Positions 8,420 through 18,538 of a stretch of DNA of 64,000 nt are shown piece by piece. This stretch comes from Bacteroidia bacterium (GTDB taxonomy: Bacteria; Bacteroidota; Bacteroidia; B-17B0; Aurantibacillaceae). The first letter of the stretch is position 1; each line of letters opens with the position of its first letter. Below the pieces are notes generated by a model. The model worked only from the letters and a program-made list of their open reading frames with translations, had not been told where the DNA came from and ran no database searches. Location of the stretch: positions 25,712 to 89,711 of the forward strand of contig DATMMV010000078.1 in NCBI GenBank assembly GCA_035569635.1. Reading direction: 5' to 3'. The translations under genes and the position numbers were made by a program.

Positions 8420-9811
8420 GTGTATTTTAGCAAAGTGAATTTTGCAGGGTTTATAAAGAAATTCGGGTTTTGGGTAATTACAGTTATTTACCTGGTTATT
8501 TTGCTTTTCGCGAAGAATATCCCTGTTTTTTGGGATATGTACGGGCAAGTGAAAACAGCGAATTATTTTTTAGAAACAAATTTCAGTGATCTTTTTCCCG
8601 ACGGAAATACTTTTTCGGATAACGGACATTTTCCTTTATATGCCTTATATCTTGCCTTACTGTTTAAGATTTTTGGTTTAAAATTATGGCTTGCGCATTT
8701 ATCCGTATTGCCCTTTTTATTCGGAATTTTGTGGCAATTGCAGAAATTCTGCAAACTTTTTTTAAGCGAACTGCAAACATTTTTTGTTTTGTTGTTTACA
8801 CTTTTTCACCCGGCTTTTATCACGCAAAGCATTTATTTCAGCAATGAAATAGCGATTGTATTTTTTTCCTTATGGATGATAAATTCGATTTTGTATGAGC
8901 GTAGCTCGCACATAGCACTGGCATCAATTTTTCTTTGTCTTTTAAACCTGCGTGGAATTTCTTTATGCATAATACTTCTGATTTATTTTTTAATCGCTAA
9001 AAGAAATAAAAATGCCTGGTACTTACTTTGCGGCTTAATTATTTGGACAAGCTGGCTGTTTATTCATTGTAAAATTACCGGTTGGTTTTTTGCGGGAGAA
9101 GAAATAAAAGAATTCAGAGCATTGGCAACTCCTGAAATGATGGTCAGGAATTTTTTAATTTCACTTTGGAAAATAATTGATTTGGGCTCTGTATTCGGTT
9201 GGGCTGCAATACTGGCGGTTGCTTTAAAAAGAAAGACATCAGGCGAACCGCTTGTTTTACTAATGCTTGTTTCGCTTGCAGTTATTTTAACCTGTGTGCC
9301 TACCGGAAACCCGGTAAGCAATCGTTATTTTTTAATCAGTTATGTACTGTTGCTTCCTGCTTTTATATACTCAGTTGGGTTTCTCGATAAAAAATTACCT
9401 GTGGTAATACCTGTTTGTTTCGCTATCGTTCTGTTTTCAAACAATGGCGTGATGTATCCGAATAAATACGGCAATGCATGGGACTGCTCGCTGAAAAGCC
9501 TCGCGTATTTTGATTTGAGAAAACAATTAGACGGGTATGTGGCGGAGCAAAAAATTTCTCCGAAGGAAGTATCCGCCGGATTTCAACTGTATTTCAATGA
9601 TAAATTTTATTTAATGAATGGTACTGAAAAGGAATACGGTTTATTAAGCGATACCGAAATGCCCCGTTCAGAATATGTAGCCGATTCGGACATTTGTAAT
9701 AATTACGATGAATTGAGAAATCAATTCTTAAAAGAAAGATATTCCCCTGTAAAAACTTTTAAAAGCGGCGCGGTTTACATTAATCTGTTCAGAAAAAACC
9801 CTAAGCCTTAG
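8420..9811 (+). CDS. polytopic membrane protein, GT-C/ArnT-like architecture (function unknown)
   Basis: 463 aa with ~10 predicted TM helices followed by a soluble C-terminal domain. It has a GTG start and no in-frame ATG nearby. No catalytic motif is confidently recognised. Confidence 0.45.
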   Translation: MYFSKVNFAGFIKKFGFWVITVIYLVILLFAKNIPVFWDMYGQVKTANYFLETNFSDLFPDGNTFSDNGHFPLYALYLALLFKIFGLKLWLAHLSVLPFLFGILWQLQKFCKLFLSELQTFFVLLFTLFHPAFITQSIYFSNEIAIVFFSLWMINSILYERSSHIALASIFLCLLNLRGISLCIILLIYFLIAKRNKNAWYLLCGLIIWTSWLFIHCKITGWFFAGEEIKEFRALATPEMMVRNFLISLWKIIDLGSVFGWAAILAVALKRKTSGEPLVLLMLVSLAVILTCVPTGNPVSNRYFLISYVLLLPAFIYSVGFLDKKLPVVIPVCFAIVLFSNNGVMYPNKYGNAWDCSLKSLAYFDLRKQLDGYVAEQKISPKEVSAGFQLYFNDKFYLMNGTEKEYGLLSDTEMPRSEYVADSDICNNYDELRNQFLKERYSPVKTFKSGAVYINLFRKNPKP

Positions 9812-10847
9812 AAGGAAAAAATTCATCACGCATTTTAAGCAAGGGCTGTTCAACCAATTCTGAGAAGAAAATTCCTGCTGCGATACAGACAAAAACGTAA
9901 ATGCAAAAATAACCAGCATTAAGCATTCCGCCGGTTTCGCTGATTCCGAAAAGGTCAAGAATTTCCAGCGCAGGAATGTGTACAAGATAAATCGCATAGG
10001 AATAAAATCCGGTCATCGCAAAAGGCTTTGTTAGAGAGGTAGTTTTATTTTCAGAGCCTAAAACCCAAAGCAAAATACCGGCGCAACAAAAAGCAATTAC
10101 CGTAAAACCGGGCCCTTGTGTAAGATAACTTTGTGGTTGCATAAGCCCGAAACCCGCTAAAAAAATAATGCAGATCCCCGGCAATAAATAACCTGCACCG
10201 TTTCTGAACGCAAGCAGTTTTTCCTTATGATATTTCCAACCGTAACAAAGTAAAACACCTGTAAAAAGCGAATCGATGCGTGTATGCGTAAAAAAATGAT
10301 TCTGGTAATTACCGTGCAGGCAATTCCATATCCGGATAATAAGTGGTAGCGCTACAAAAAATATACAAACCGGGATGATATTTTTTCTTGTCGTAAAAAA
10401 AAGCGCAAAACAAATCATCAGGATAAAATAAAAATGTTCTTCTACTGCCAGCGACCAGGTGTGTACATATAATCCGCCAAAATAATTCTGTATAAAAAGT
10501 AATTCAGCCACAAAAGGCCGGTAATTTACGGGCTGGCGGTAAAAAAAATAAACCACGAAGGTCAGGGCGATAAGCAGAAAAAACAAAGGGTAAATTTTAA
10601 AGCCCCTACGTATAAAAAACCTGAAAAAATCAATTTTCCCGGATTTTTCGTGCTCAGTAAAAAGCAATCCGGAAATTAAAAAACCGCTCAAAACAAAGAA
10701 CAAATCAACTCCCAGCCAGCCGCTGTTTGTTAAAAACCCGCAGATATTCCAGTGCCTGCAAATCACCAGTAAAACAGCTATACCGCGCAGTAAATCAAGG
10801 CCGTTTTTTCGGTTAATTTTAACATTTTCTGTACTAAAACTCAGCAT
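9801..10847 (-). CDS. acyltransferase family 3 membrane protein
   Basis: 348 aa with GLDLLRGIAVLLVI...GVDLFFVLSGFLI...HTWSLAVEEHFY motifs characteristic of acyltransferase_3 (OafA/WecH-type). Confidence 0.8.
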   Translation of the reverse strand: MLSFSTENVKINRKNGLDLLRGIAVLLVICRHWNICGFLTNSGWLGVDLFFVLSGFLISGLLFTEHEKSGKIDFFRFFIRRGFKIYPLFFLLIALTFVVYFFYRQPVNYRPFVAELLFIQNYFGGLYVHTWSLAVEEHFYFILMICFALFFTTRKNIIPVCIFFVALPLIIRIWNCLHGNYQNHFFTHTRIDSLFTGVLLCYGWKYHKEKLLAFRNGAGYLLPGICIIFLAGFGLMQPQSYLTQGPGFTVIAFCCAGILLWVLGSENKTTSLTKPFAMTGFYSYAIYLVHIPALEILDLFGISETGGMLNAGYFCIYVFVCIAAGIFFSELVEQPLLKMRDEFFPSKA

Positions 10848-10884
10848 ACTCCGTTATTGAGAAAATTTCATTAAATTTACGAAG

Positions 10885-11985
10885 ATGATTGCTATCAGGA
10901 AGATATTTTTTGCCCTAATTACGGGTAGCTGTTTGTTAACCCAGGCCCAGGTGGCAAAGTACAGTAACGAGTTTTTAGCGGTTGGCGTAGGTGCACGTGC
11001 TCTTGCCATGGGTAATGCCAACATAGTAAGTGCCAACGATGTAACCTGCGGATACTTCAATCCTGCCGGCTTATTGAACATAAAAACCAAATTTCAGATG
11101 GCATTGATGCATGCCGAATATTTTGCAGGTATCGCCAAATACGATTACGGCGCGCTTGCTACAAGAATTGACAGTAATAGCGTTGCTTCTGTAAGCATGA
11201 TACGTTTCGGAGTGGATAATATTCCCAATACCCTTCAATTAGTGGATGCAAACGGTTTTGTGGATTACAGTAAAATAAGCAGCTTCAGCGTAACCGATTT
11301 TGCAGCCCTGCTTTCTTATGCCCGCAAACTGAAAGTTTTAAAAGGAGTAAATTTAGGTGCTTCCGGAAAAATTATCCGTCGCCATTTCGGTCCTTTTGGC
11401 GGCGCATGGGGTTTTGGTTTGGATATAGGGGCTTCTTATTCGTATAAAGGATGGAATTTTGCAGCTGTTGGAAGAGATATTACCGGTACATTCAATGCTT
11501 ACACATTTACACTCAGCGACCAGGATAAAGCAACTTTTGCGGCAACGGGCAACAACATTCCGAGCAGTTCCGTAGAAATTACCGTGCCTCGTTTAATTAT
11601 TGGAGCATCACGTAATTTTTCTGTTTGGAAAGACAAAATATCCATTATGCCCGAGGTAAATTTTATTACCACTTTCGATGGAAAACGTAACACCATTATA
11701 AAAACCCCGGTATTAAGCACCGACCCCGTTGTGGGAATAGAGATCGGTTATTTAAAAATGATTTATTTGCGCGCCGGTATCAACAACGTGCAAAAAGCAA
11801 CGGACATTAATAATAAAACTTATACTACGCTTGCGCCCGGTATAGGCGTTGGAATAAAATATAAAATATTTACGCTGGATTACGCCTTAACAAATTTCGG
11901 CGATAATACTTTAGGATTGTACAGTAATATTTTTTCTTTGAAAATAGATATTGATAAAAGCCTGCTGCCAAAAAATCCGCAATAA
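10885..11985 (+). CDS. PorV/PorQ family outer-membrane barrel (PorV-like)
   Basis: 366 aa with a signal peptide (LLTQAQ), the N-terminal motif NEFLAVGVGARALAMGNA typical of PorV/PorQ proteins, and beta-strand-rich sequence. Its stop codon directly abuts the ATG of the next gene. Confidence 0.7.
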   Translation: MIAIRKIFFALITGSCLLTQAQVAKYSNEFLAVGVGARALAMGNANIVSANDVTCGYFNPAGLLNIKTKFQMALMHAEYFAGIAKYDYGALATRIDSNSVASVSMIRFGVDNIPNTLQLVDANGFVDYSKISSFSVTDFAALLSYARKLKVLKGVNLGASGKIIRRHFGPFGGAWGFGLDIGASYSYKGWNFAAVGRDITGTFNAYTFTLSDQDKATFAATGNNIPSSSVEITVPRLIIGASRNFSVWKDKISIMPEVNFITTFDGKRNTIIKTPVLSTDPVVGIEIGYLKMIYLRAGINNVQKATDINNKTYTTLAPGIGVGIKYKIFTLDYALTNFGDNTLGLYSNIFSLKIDIDKSLLPKNPQ

Positions 11986-14900
11986 ATGAAATGTAAAAAC
12001 ATAACATACGCTATACTGTTTTTGTTTTTAGGGATAAACCTTTTTTCCCAGCCATTTAATAACGAATGGATTGTTTACGGTCAGAAATATTACAAAATAA
12101 AAATTGCCAAAAACGGGCTTTATAAAATAGATTCAACCACACTCGCCAACTCAGGAATACCACTTTCCGTTATCAATCCCAAAAACATTCAGCTGTTTCA
12201 AAAGGGAAAAGAAATTCATCCTTATATTTTCGGCGAGGCAGACGGTGTTTTAAACACTAACGATTACATTTTATTTTATGCTGAGAAAAATTCAGGCAAA
12301 GATGATTCTTTGTACTACGATAACGTCCCATACATCACCAATCCGTATTACAGCGTTATAAATGATACAGCGGCTGTATTTTTAACATGGAATGCTTCAA
12401 CCAATAACCGCAGGCTTACTTTAAATACAGATACTACTTATTCTCAAAGTAATCCGTCGCCATACTACTACAAAGAGATTTTAACCACTAATGCCGGCGG
12501 TTACAGCGAAGGGCCAACCAATTCTTTAAACCTTACCGACCCGCGATATAAATTAGGTGAGGGATTTATCAATGGCCAGATTCCTGAAACACAATTCAAC
12601 AACTTAACTTTTTCTACTTCGTCGGTATATGCAGGCGGGCCGCAGGCGTTTTTTACAATTTGTATTTCGGGCGCTAATGATATAGCGGGTGTAACTCCCG
12701 ATCACTTTATCCAAATGTATTATACCGATAATACAGGCAATCCCGTTATTCTTAAAACAGATTCGGTTAACGCGTCTGATACCCATAAATTTACTTTTTC
12801 GGTTAACCCGGGTTTATTTGGTATAAACACATCCGTGGGATGCACTTCTTTGGTAAATACGGCTACTTCCATCCCTAATTATACCAATATAAATTACATG
12901 CGCGCGTTTATTCCGCATCAGTTTAATTTATTGAGTTCGGGCGAGGAAAAAATATACTTGCCCGATGACGGAAACCAGCCAAAATCAAAATTGGTTATCT
13001 CTAATTTCAGCGGTAACAAACCTTTTCTGGTAAATTTAAGCGACAGCACATTACATACAGTTAAAAAAAACGGAAATAATTTTTTAGCACTGATTCCTAA
13101 TTCGGGTAAAACAAAATTTTGTTTTTTAACCGACTCGCTTAATATCACTGCGGTTGTAAATATTACCGCGGTAAACGGAAACGGTACCTTTGTAAATTAC
13201 CAGCCGCAGATTGCCGATTCAAATTACATAATCATTTCTAACCCGATTCTTGCACCGGAGGCCCAGAATTACAAAACCTTCAGAAGTAGTGCCGCTGGTG
13301 GCAGTCATTCTGTAATTCTTGCTTACGTAAATGATCTGTACGACCAGTTTGCTTTTGGCGTAGAGATTTCTCCAATGGCATTGCGCAATTTTTGTGCAAT
13401 GGTTATTGCTGCCCCCAACAAAAACCCTTCTGATTTATTTTTACTGGGCAAGGCCGTACATTCTATGGATTGTATCACGGGCATCGGCGTGAATCCCGCT
13501 TCTTTTTACTGGAATAAAAACCTTGTTCCTTCATTCGGTAATCCTGCATCCGATATTTTAATTACAAAAGGTTTGCCGGGCTCAACTTATATCGAACCTG
13601 CAATTCCCACAGGCAGGTTAGCCGCTCAGACAAACCAGGATGTCGTATCTTATTTAAGTAAGGTAATTTTATACGAGCAAGAGATGCTAACCGGTGATTC
13701 GTTATGGAAAAAACGCGCACTTCATTTTATCGGAGGAAAAGATGCCTATGAGCAACAGGTGCTTTCATCATACGTAAATGATTACAAACATACATTTGAA
13801 GATACCGCTATGGGCGGAAAAGTATTTTCATTCTATAAAACATCTTCTGCACCAACTTCAGTCACCACAAACGACTCGGTAAAAAAATTAATTGAAGACG
13901 GTGTTTTGCTAATGACTTTCTTCGGGCATGGTTCACAAACCGGCTTCGACCAGAATATTGATGACCCGCAGAATTATAATAACTCGCCCAAATTTCCGCT
14001 TATCATAGGTAACTCTTGTTATACAGGTGATATTCATAGCGGAGACCAGCAATCGAATAGTGAAGTATTTGTTCTGGCACCGAATAATAAGGGCAGTATT
14101 GGTTTTTTAGCTACTGTTTCGGAGGGTGTAGCCAATGATCTGTATTATTATACGCGCCAGTTTTATAAACAATTTTCGGCATTAAGTTATGGCCAGTCGT
14201 ACAGTGCGTGTATAAAAAAAGGAATAAACAATTTAATGTACGCTCAATCCCAGGGTAATTATCCGGGCGATACCCTTTTACAATGGGCGAGTTTGGAAAT
14301 GACTTTTCACGGTGACCCGGCTATTGCCCCATATACAAATCCTAAACCCGATTACGCGCTGAATAATTCGGATGTTATTTTTAATACCACCAAGTGGGTG
14401 GATTCTTTGGGAATAAAAATAGTAATGACAAATTTAGCGAAAGCCATTAAAGATTCATTCACTGTATTTATCCAAAGAAATTTTCCGAACGGGGATACAC
14501 TTAAATTTTTTAAAAAGGTAAAAGCGCCTTATTACAAAGACACGCTTCAATTTTTTATAGCCAAAGATTATTACCGCGCTGTTGGTTTAAATTGTTTTTA
14601 TGTGAAGCTGGATTATCTGAATTTAATTTCTGAAGTAAGCGAAACAAACAATACCACCGCCGGCAATGTTTGTTTGTTTATTCCGGGCGCTGATATAGAG
14701 CCTGTATGGCCCTATAAATATGCCATTGTGCCGAATATTTCAAAAGTAACATTAAAAGCAAGTACAGCAGATCCCTTTGCACCTTTAACCGTTTACCGCT
14801 TCCAGGTTGATACCAATAATAAATTTTTAACACCCTTAATTAATACAACCATAAATGCCCCCGGAGGAGTGGTGAGTTTGCCTGTCACTTTGTACAATAC

Positions 14901-17088
14901 CGACAGCATGGTTTATTTCTGGCGTGTTTCTAAGGATACTGTAACTAATCCCAATTGGAAAGAAAGTTCCTTCCAGGTAATAACCGGAAAATACGGTTGG
15001 GGGCAAGCGCATTTTGAACAATTTAAAAACGACGCGTATCAATATGTTGTTTATGTAGATTCAACACCACATATGTTTAAATTTGTAAAAGACGTAAAAA
15101 CTATTGATGTAACAGATGCAGTAATTGGCCCGGAGAATTATAACAATTTCACCGATGTTGCTTTTTATTATAACAATGCTTTGCAAAGATGGTGGACCTG
15201 CGAAGCAAACGGGTGGACCATTGCTGTTTTTGATTCAATATCAGGGAATTTAAAATACACCGATACTTTGGGTGGTGCAGCTCCTAATCCAAGCACCTGG
15301 ATAGGAGGAAACGGTAATTGCGTTTGCGACGTTTCTACAAAAATGGCTTATGATTTTGGTAGTTTAAATCAACTTTGTGGTGACCATCCTGATTGGAGAA
15401 CCAATCTTCTTCATTTTCTTGTGGATAGTATTCCTAACGGCACACCTGTGCTTGCATATGCAACCAAATGCTGGCTATGCTCAAGTCAGGATACTTTAAC
15501 CCCGGCTTTATTAAGTGCCTTTCATAATATTGGTTCCACAAAAATAGACAGCCTTAAAGATTCTACCGTATTAATTATTTTTGGCCGTAAGGGTATGGCT
15601 CCCGGGCAGGCACATGAAGTACTCTCGTATTACTGGCATCAAAAAATAAGTTTACATGATTCTTTAATTACGAAATATAAAAACGGATTTATCGCTTCAG
15701 AAATAATCGGCCCTTGCCAGTTTTCAGATACAGCCTGGCATTCCCTGCACTGGCATTACATGGATTTAATTACGGATGTTCCCGCCCCGAGTAAAGACAG
15801 TATTGTAATTCGTTTAATGGGAATAAAAGCTTCGGGGCAAAAAGTTTTTATAAAAGATTTTCCTAAGAATTCTTTGAATGTTTTAGACCTGAAGAATTAT
15901 GTAAATGGTAAATTGTATCCTTATTTGCAATTAATAGCTTACGAAGCCGATAATCAAAACAACACACCGCCGCAATTAGGTCGCTGGCAAATTATTTACG
16001 ACCCCGCACCGGAAGCAGCCATCGATCCCCCATCCGGCTTTTCTGTTTTCAAAACCAAAGTGCAGGAAGGCGAAAATTACAAATTACGTTTACCTATAAA
16101 AAACATCAGCGATTTTCCTTTTAACGACAGCCTTTTAATTACTTATACATTAGAAGATGCAAACCGTATTAATCACGTGCAACCATATAAATTAAAACAC
16201 AAACCTTTCCTGCCCGATTCGGTTATCTTCGATACTATAAGTGTTTCCACTTTAGGCTTTTCAGGAAGTGATATTTTGTGGATTGATGTAAATACTCCGG
16301 GTCATCCTAAATACCAACCCGAGCAATATCATTTCAATAATATCGCGCAGATTTCTTTTAATGTTGACCGTGATAAAATAAATCCTTTATTGGATGTAAC
16401 TTTTGACGGCATTCATATTCTTAACGGAGATATCGTTTCGGCAAAACCAAATGTGCTGGTTTCGCTTAAAGATGAAAATAAATTTTTAGCGCTTAACGAT
16501 ACAAGTAATTTTAAAGTATTTGTGCAATTACCCGGGGTTTCTACCGAAACCCGTTTGTATTTTAAAGATGTCTTGCAGTTTATTCCCGCGCAATTACCTA
16601 ATAACTCCTGTAAAATAAATTACCATCCTGTATTGGCACAGGACGGTATATACACCCTCCACATAATAGCCACCGACCGCAGTTCTAATTTAAGCGGGCA
16701 AATGGATTACAAAATTCAATTTGATATTGTAAACAAACCTACCATTACCGAGGTGTTGAATTACCCTAACCCTTTCAGTACTTCCACCAAATTTGTATTT
16801 ACCATCACCGGAAGCGAAATACCTGAAACTTTTAAAATCCAGATTTTAACCATTACGGGCCGCGTGGTAAAAGAAATTACCCGTGAGGAACTCGGCTTTT
16901 TACACATAGGAAGAAATATTACTGATTATGCCTGGGACGGCACTGACCAATTTGGCGATAAGCTTGCCAACGGTGTTTATCTTTATCACGTTGACACACG
17001 CTTGCACGGAAGTGAAATAGACCACCTGAGCACCGCTGCAGATGGCTATTTCAAAAAAGGTTACGGAAAGATGTTGTTGATGCGCTAA
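11986..17088 (+). CDS. giant PorU-like peptidase C25 family protein (putative T9SS sortase-type)
   Basis: 1700 aa with a signal peptide. It has a C25-like region (NYIIISNPILAPEAQNYKTFRS...VNDLYDQFAFG) and a His/Cys dyad, FFGHGSQ (His648, nt 13927..13929) and IIGNSCYTGD (Cys678, nt 14017..14019). The C-terminus looks like a T9SS/FlgD-Ig domain (NYPNPFSTSTKFVF...ANGVYLYHV). Confidence 0.75.
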   Translation: MKCKNITYAILFLFLGINLFSQPFNNEWIVYGQKYYKIKIAKNGLYKIDSTTLANSGIPLSVINPKNIQLFQKGKEIHPYIFGEADGVLNTNDYILFYAEKNSGKDDSLYYDNVPYITNPYYSVINDTAAVFLTWNASTNNRRLTLNTDTTYSQSNPSPYYYKEILTTNAGGYSEGPTNSLNLTDPRYKLGEGFINGQIPETQFNNLTFSTSSVYAGGPQAFFTICISGANDIAGVTPDHFIQMYYTDNTGNPVILKTDSVNASDTHKFTFSVNPGLFGINTSVGCTSLVNTATSIPNYTNINYMRAFIPHQFNLLSSGEEKIYLPDDGNQPKSKLVISNFSGNKPFLVNLSDSTLHTVKKNGNNFLALIPNSGKTKFCFLTDSLNITAVVNITAVNGNGTFVNYQPQIADSNYIIISNPILAPEAQNYKTFRSSAAGGSHSVILAYVNDLYDQFAFGVEISPMALRNFCAMVIAAPNKNPSDLFLLGKAVHSMDCITGIGVNPASFYWNKNLVPSFGNPASDILITKGLPGSTYIEPAIPTGRLAAQTNQDVVSYLSKVILYEQEMLTGDSLWKKRALHFIGGKDAYEQQVLSSYVNDYKHTFEDTAMGGKVFSFYKTSSAPTSVTTNDSVKKLIEDGVLLMTFFGHGSQTGFDQNIDDPQNYNNSPKFPLIIGNSCYTGDIHSGDQQSNSEVFVLAPNNKGSIGFLATVSEGVANDLYYYTRQFYKQFSALSYGQSYSACIKKGINNLMYAQSQGNYPGDTLLQWASLEMTFHGDPAIAPYTNPKPDYALNNSDVIFNTTKWVDSLGIKIVMTNLAKAIKDSFTVFIQRNFPNGDTLKFFKKVKAPYYKDTLQFFIAKDYYRAVGLNCFYVKLDYLNLISEVSETNNTTAGNVCLFIPGADIEPVWPYKYAIVPNISKVTLKASTADPFAPLTVYRFQVDTNNKFLTPLINTTINAPGGVVSLPVTLYNTDSMVYFWRVSKDTVTNPNWKESSFQVITGKYGWGQAHFEQFKNDAYQYVVYVDSTPHMFKFVKDVKTIDVTDAVIGPENYNNFTDVAFYYNNALQRWWTCEANGWTIAVFDSISGNLKYTDTLGGAAPNPSTWIGGNGNCVCDVSTKMAYDFGSLNQLCGDHPDWRTNLLHFLVDSIPNGTPVLAYATKCWLCSSQDTLTPALLSAFHNIGSTKIDSLKDSTVLIIFGRKGMAPGQAHEVLSYYWHQKISLHDSLITKYKNGFIASEIIGPCQFSDTAWHSLHWHYMDLITDVPAPSKDSIVIRLMGIKASGQKVFIKDFPKNSLNVLDLKNYVNGKLYPYLQLIAYEADNQNNTPPQLGRWQIIYDPAPEAAIDPPSGFSVFKTKVQEGENYKLRLPIKNISDFPFNDSLLITYTLEDANRINHVQPYKLKHKPFLPDSVIFDTISVSTLGFSGSDILWIDVNTPGHPKYQPEQYHFNNIAQISFNVDRDKINPLLDVTFDGIHILNGDIVSAKPNVLVSLKDENKFLALNDTSNFKVFVQLPGVSTETRLYFKDVLQFIPAQLPNNSCKINYHPVLAQDGIYTLHIIATDRSSNLSGQMDYKIQFDIVNKPTITEVLNYPNPFSTSTKFVFTITGSEIPETFKIQILTITGRVVKEITREELGFLHIGRNITDYAWDGTDQFGDKLANGVYLYHVDTRLHGSEIDHLSTAADGYFKKGYGKMLLMR

Positions 17089-17147
17089 CTCTTTTTCCTT
17101 CGGGTTTTCATAAATTTTATTTTCAATCCGTTAAAAAATAGATAGAG

Positions 17148-17186
17148 CAGGTGTTTTCACCCCCCCCCTTTTTAAACAGGTGTTTT
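17148..17186. repeat. C9 homopolymer flanked by a 10-nt direct repeat
   Basis: CAGGTGTTTT occurs at 17148..17157 and 17177..17186. C9 (17160..17168) followed by T5 lies between the two copies. Confidence 0.8.
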
Positions 17187-17247
17187 TACTCTAATCTATT
17201 TAAAATTTTTGCATTTATTTTGCTATTAATTTTTAAAAACATAAACT

Positions 17248-18522
17248 ATGAAAAAAACTAAGTTATTAATGGCGTTATTATTAGCAAGTTTCTTTGGTAA
17301 TGCTCAAAACATGCTTACCAATGGCGGGTTTGAAACTTATAGTACGCTTCCAACAACATGTCCAACACTTCCATCCTCAAATGCATCAACTCTTTCCGAT
17401 GTAAATAATTGGAGTGAAACCGTTAAGACTTACAGATGGGATCCTGGTATGGGTTGCGTTGTTTCCGGTACTTGTACAAATACAGCTGTTTATGGCCGAT
17501 CGTATTACTACAATAGTACAACTGGCGGAAATGGCAGTTGCGAGCCCATTGCTGCTAATTCAGGTACCGGATACGTAGTTTTACAGAGTCATGGAGTATT
17601 TGTAACTGATCCCAATGCCTGCCATAATGGTGCCGACCAATATATTTATCAGTCGTTGAGCGGTACTACACTATATGCGTCTAATAATTACACTTTTCAG
17701 GGTTACGTTTATTTGGGCTCTGGTTTTGGTTGTTCTTATCTTACTGCTGATCTTACAACCGGGACTACTATGACTTCGGGTACAAGCATTTCTGTTACAG
17801 GGTCTGGATGGGTTGCATTTTCAGTTACTTTAACAGTTCCTTCAAACGGAAGCAGTTATAATCTGGTTCTCGGACCCACAGCTTCAAACTATTGTATCCC
17901 TTCTCCCACTTACTTCTATTATGCATTTGATGATCTTTCCTTATCTCAGGCACCCTGCGTGGCTAACGCTGGCTCAAATAAAAACAATACTACAGGTTGT
18001 TGTACAACATGCCCTGGTATAGGTGTACAAGTAGGTACTGCTGCGCTTTCAGGCTTAACGTATGCGTGGACATGTAGTGCTGCTAATTGTTATATAAGTA
18101 ATGCAAGTGTTGCCCAACCTACAGTTTCCCCTTGTTATACAACAACTCCAACTACTTATTCTGTAACTGTCAGCGGCCCGGGTTGTAATACTGCAATTTC
18201 AACTATGCAAGTTACAACATCTACTTATGGTGGAGCAAATTGCTGCAGAATAGCAAACCCTAATCATCCTGAGAAAAATATTTTATTTGGTACCAATTTC
18301 GGAGTGTTTCCTAACCCTGCAAATAGTGAGGTTACAATAACATTAACTAAAATTGTTGACTATATCAGAATTATAGATATATCCGGAAAAATAATGTTTG
18401 AAACAAAAAATATTACGGATAGCCATATTATTGTAGATATTTCAAAATATGCCAAGGGTGTTTATTTTGTGGTTGCAAAAACCGGCGAAGAAGTAGAAAA
18501 ACAAAAACTTATTGTAGAATAA
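17248..18522 (+). CDS. secreted Cys-rich protein with a T9SS type-A C-terminal sorting domain
   Basis: 424 aa with a signal peptide (FFGNAQ). The C-terminus, VFPNPANSEVTITL...ISGKIMFE...AKGVYFVVAKTGEEVEKQKLIVE, matches the type-A CTD pattern. Confidence 0.75.
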   Translation: MKKTKLLMALLLASFFGNAQNMLTNGGFETYSTLPTTCPTLPSSNASTLSDVNNWSETVKTYRWDPGMGCVVSGTCTNTAVYGRSYYYNSTTGGNGSCEPIAANSGTGYVVLQSHGVFVTDPNACHNGADQYIYQSLSGTTLYASNNYTFQGYVYLGSGFGCSYLTADLTTGTTMTSGTSISVTGSGWVAFSVTLTVPSNGSSYNLVLGPTASNYCIPSPTYFYYAFDDLSLSQAPCVANAGSNKNNTTGCCTTCPGIGVQVGTAALSGLTYAWTCSAANCYISNASVAQPTVSPCYTTTPTTYSVTVSGPGCNTAISTMQVTTSTYGGANCCRIANPNHPEKNILFGTNFGVFPNPANSEVTITLTKIVDYIRIIDISGKIMFETKNITDSHIIVDISKYAKGVYFVVAKTGEEVEKQKLIVE

Positions 18523-18538
18523 AATAAATTGTAAAATA

